DNA of 64,000 nucleotides, from contig CAMTVD010000016.1 in NCBI GenBank assembly GCA_947085095.1, positions 29,056-93,055 on the forward strand, in the 5' to 3' direction. The notes under the pieces were generated by a model, which was given only the letters and a program-made list of their open reading frames with translations, had not been told where the DNA came from and did no database searches. This DNA comes from an uncultured Thermus sp. (GTDB lineage: Bacteria > Deinococcota > Deinococci > Deinococcales > Thermaceae). Made by a program: the position numbers and the translations under genes. Position 1 is the first letter of the stretch; each line of letters begins with the position of its first letter. Of this stretch, positions 63,925-64,000 are shown piece after piece.

Positions 63925-64000
63925 GGAGGACCGGCTCCTGCTGGAACTCTCCCTGGACCCGAAGACCCACAAGAAAACCCGCCTCTGGGCCGCCATGGTC
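63856..64000 (+). mobile_element. Left end of an IS630-family-like insertion sequence (runs out of the window)
   Basis: Abrupt break at the TA dinucleotide 63856-63857. ORF from ATG 63890 reads MAAPLQIQLTPEEDRLLLELSLDPKTHKKTRLWAAMV..., typical of IS630 HTH N-termini. TATCAT lies 6 nt before the ATG. Confidence 0.75.

Overview
High-GC chromosomal segment, most likely from a Thermus species (gene content and order, and a CRISPR repeat ending ATTGCGAC). It is mostly housekeeping DNA. Left part: 5'-truncated metH, pabB-pabA fusion and pabC, greA, recO, ymdB, ppc, queA, mgtE and the ffh-rpsP-khpA-rimM-trmD-rplS operon. Middle: sdaAA, rhodanese, peroxiredoxin, smc, smpB, bioY, gap-pgk-tpiA, a 2-oxoacid dehydrogenase E1 pair, hemL, mnmE, metX/metY and tRNA-Pro(CGG). 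Right part: rsmD-coaD, aroH, serS, gatC, a glycosyltransferase cluster, pcp and degV. Accessory elements are an orphan 15-repeat type III-like CRISPR array preceded by a decayed cas1 3' end, two Uma2 genes, a hicB-hicA toxin-antitoxin pair, and the left end of an IS630-like element inserted in the last codons of degV. Recognisable regulatory elements are a SAM-I riboswitch, a yybP-ykoY (Mn2+) riboswitch and a BirA operator. The best candidates for something undescribed are: (1) a proline-rich (CCC) 11-codon leader ORF coupled to two mutually exclusive hairpins, one of which buries the mgtE ribosome-binding site, i.e. a putative MgtL-like Mg2+-sensing translational attenuator; (2) a yybP-ykoY riboswitch whose expression platform looks wired as an OFF switch over a YugP-like peptidase; (3) a candidate glycolipid biosynthesis and flippase locus. 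All calls were made by reading the sequence; no database search or folding calculation was run.
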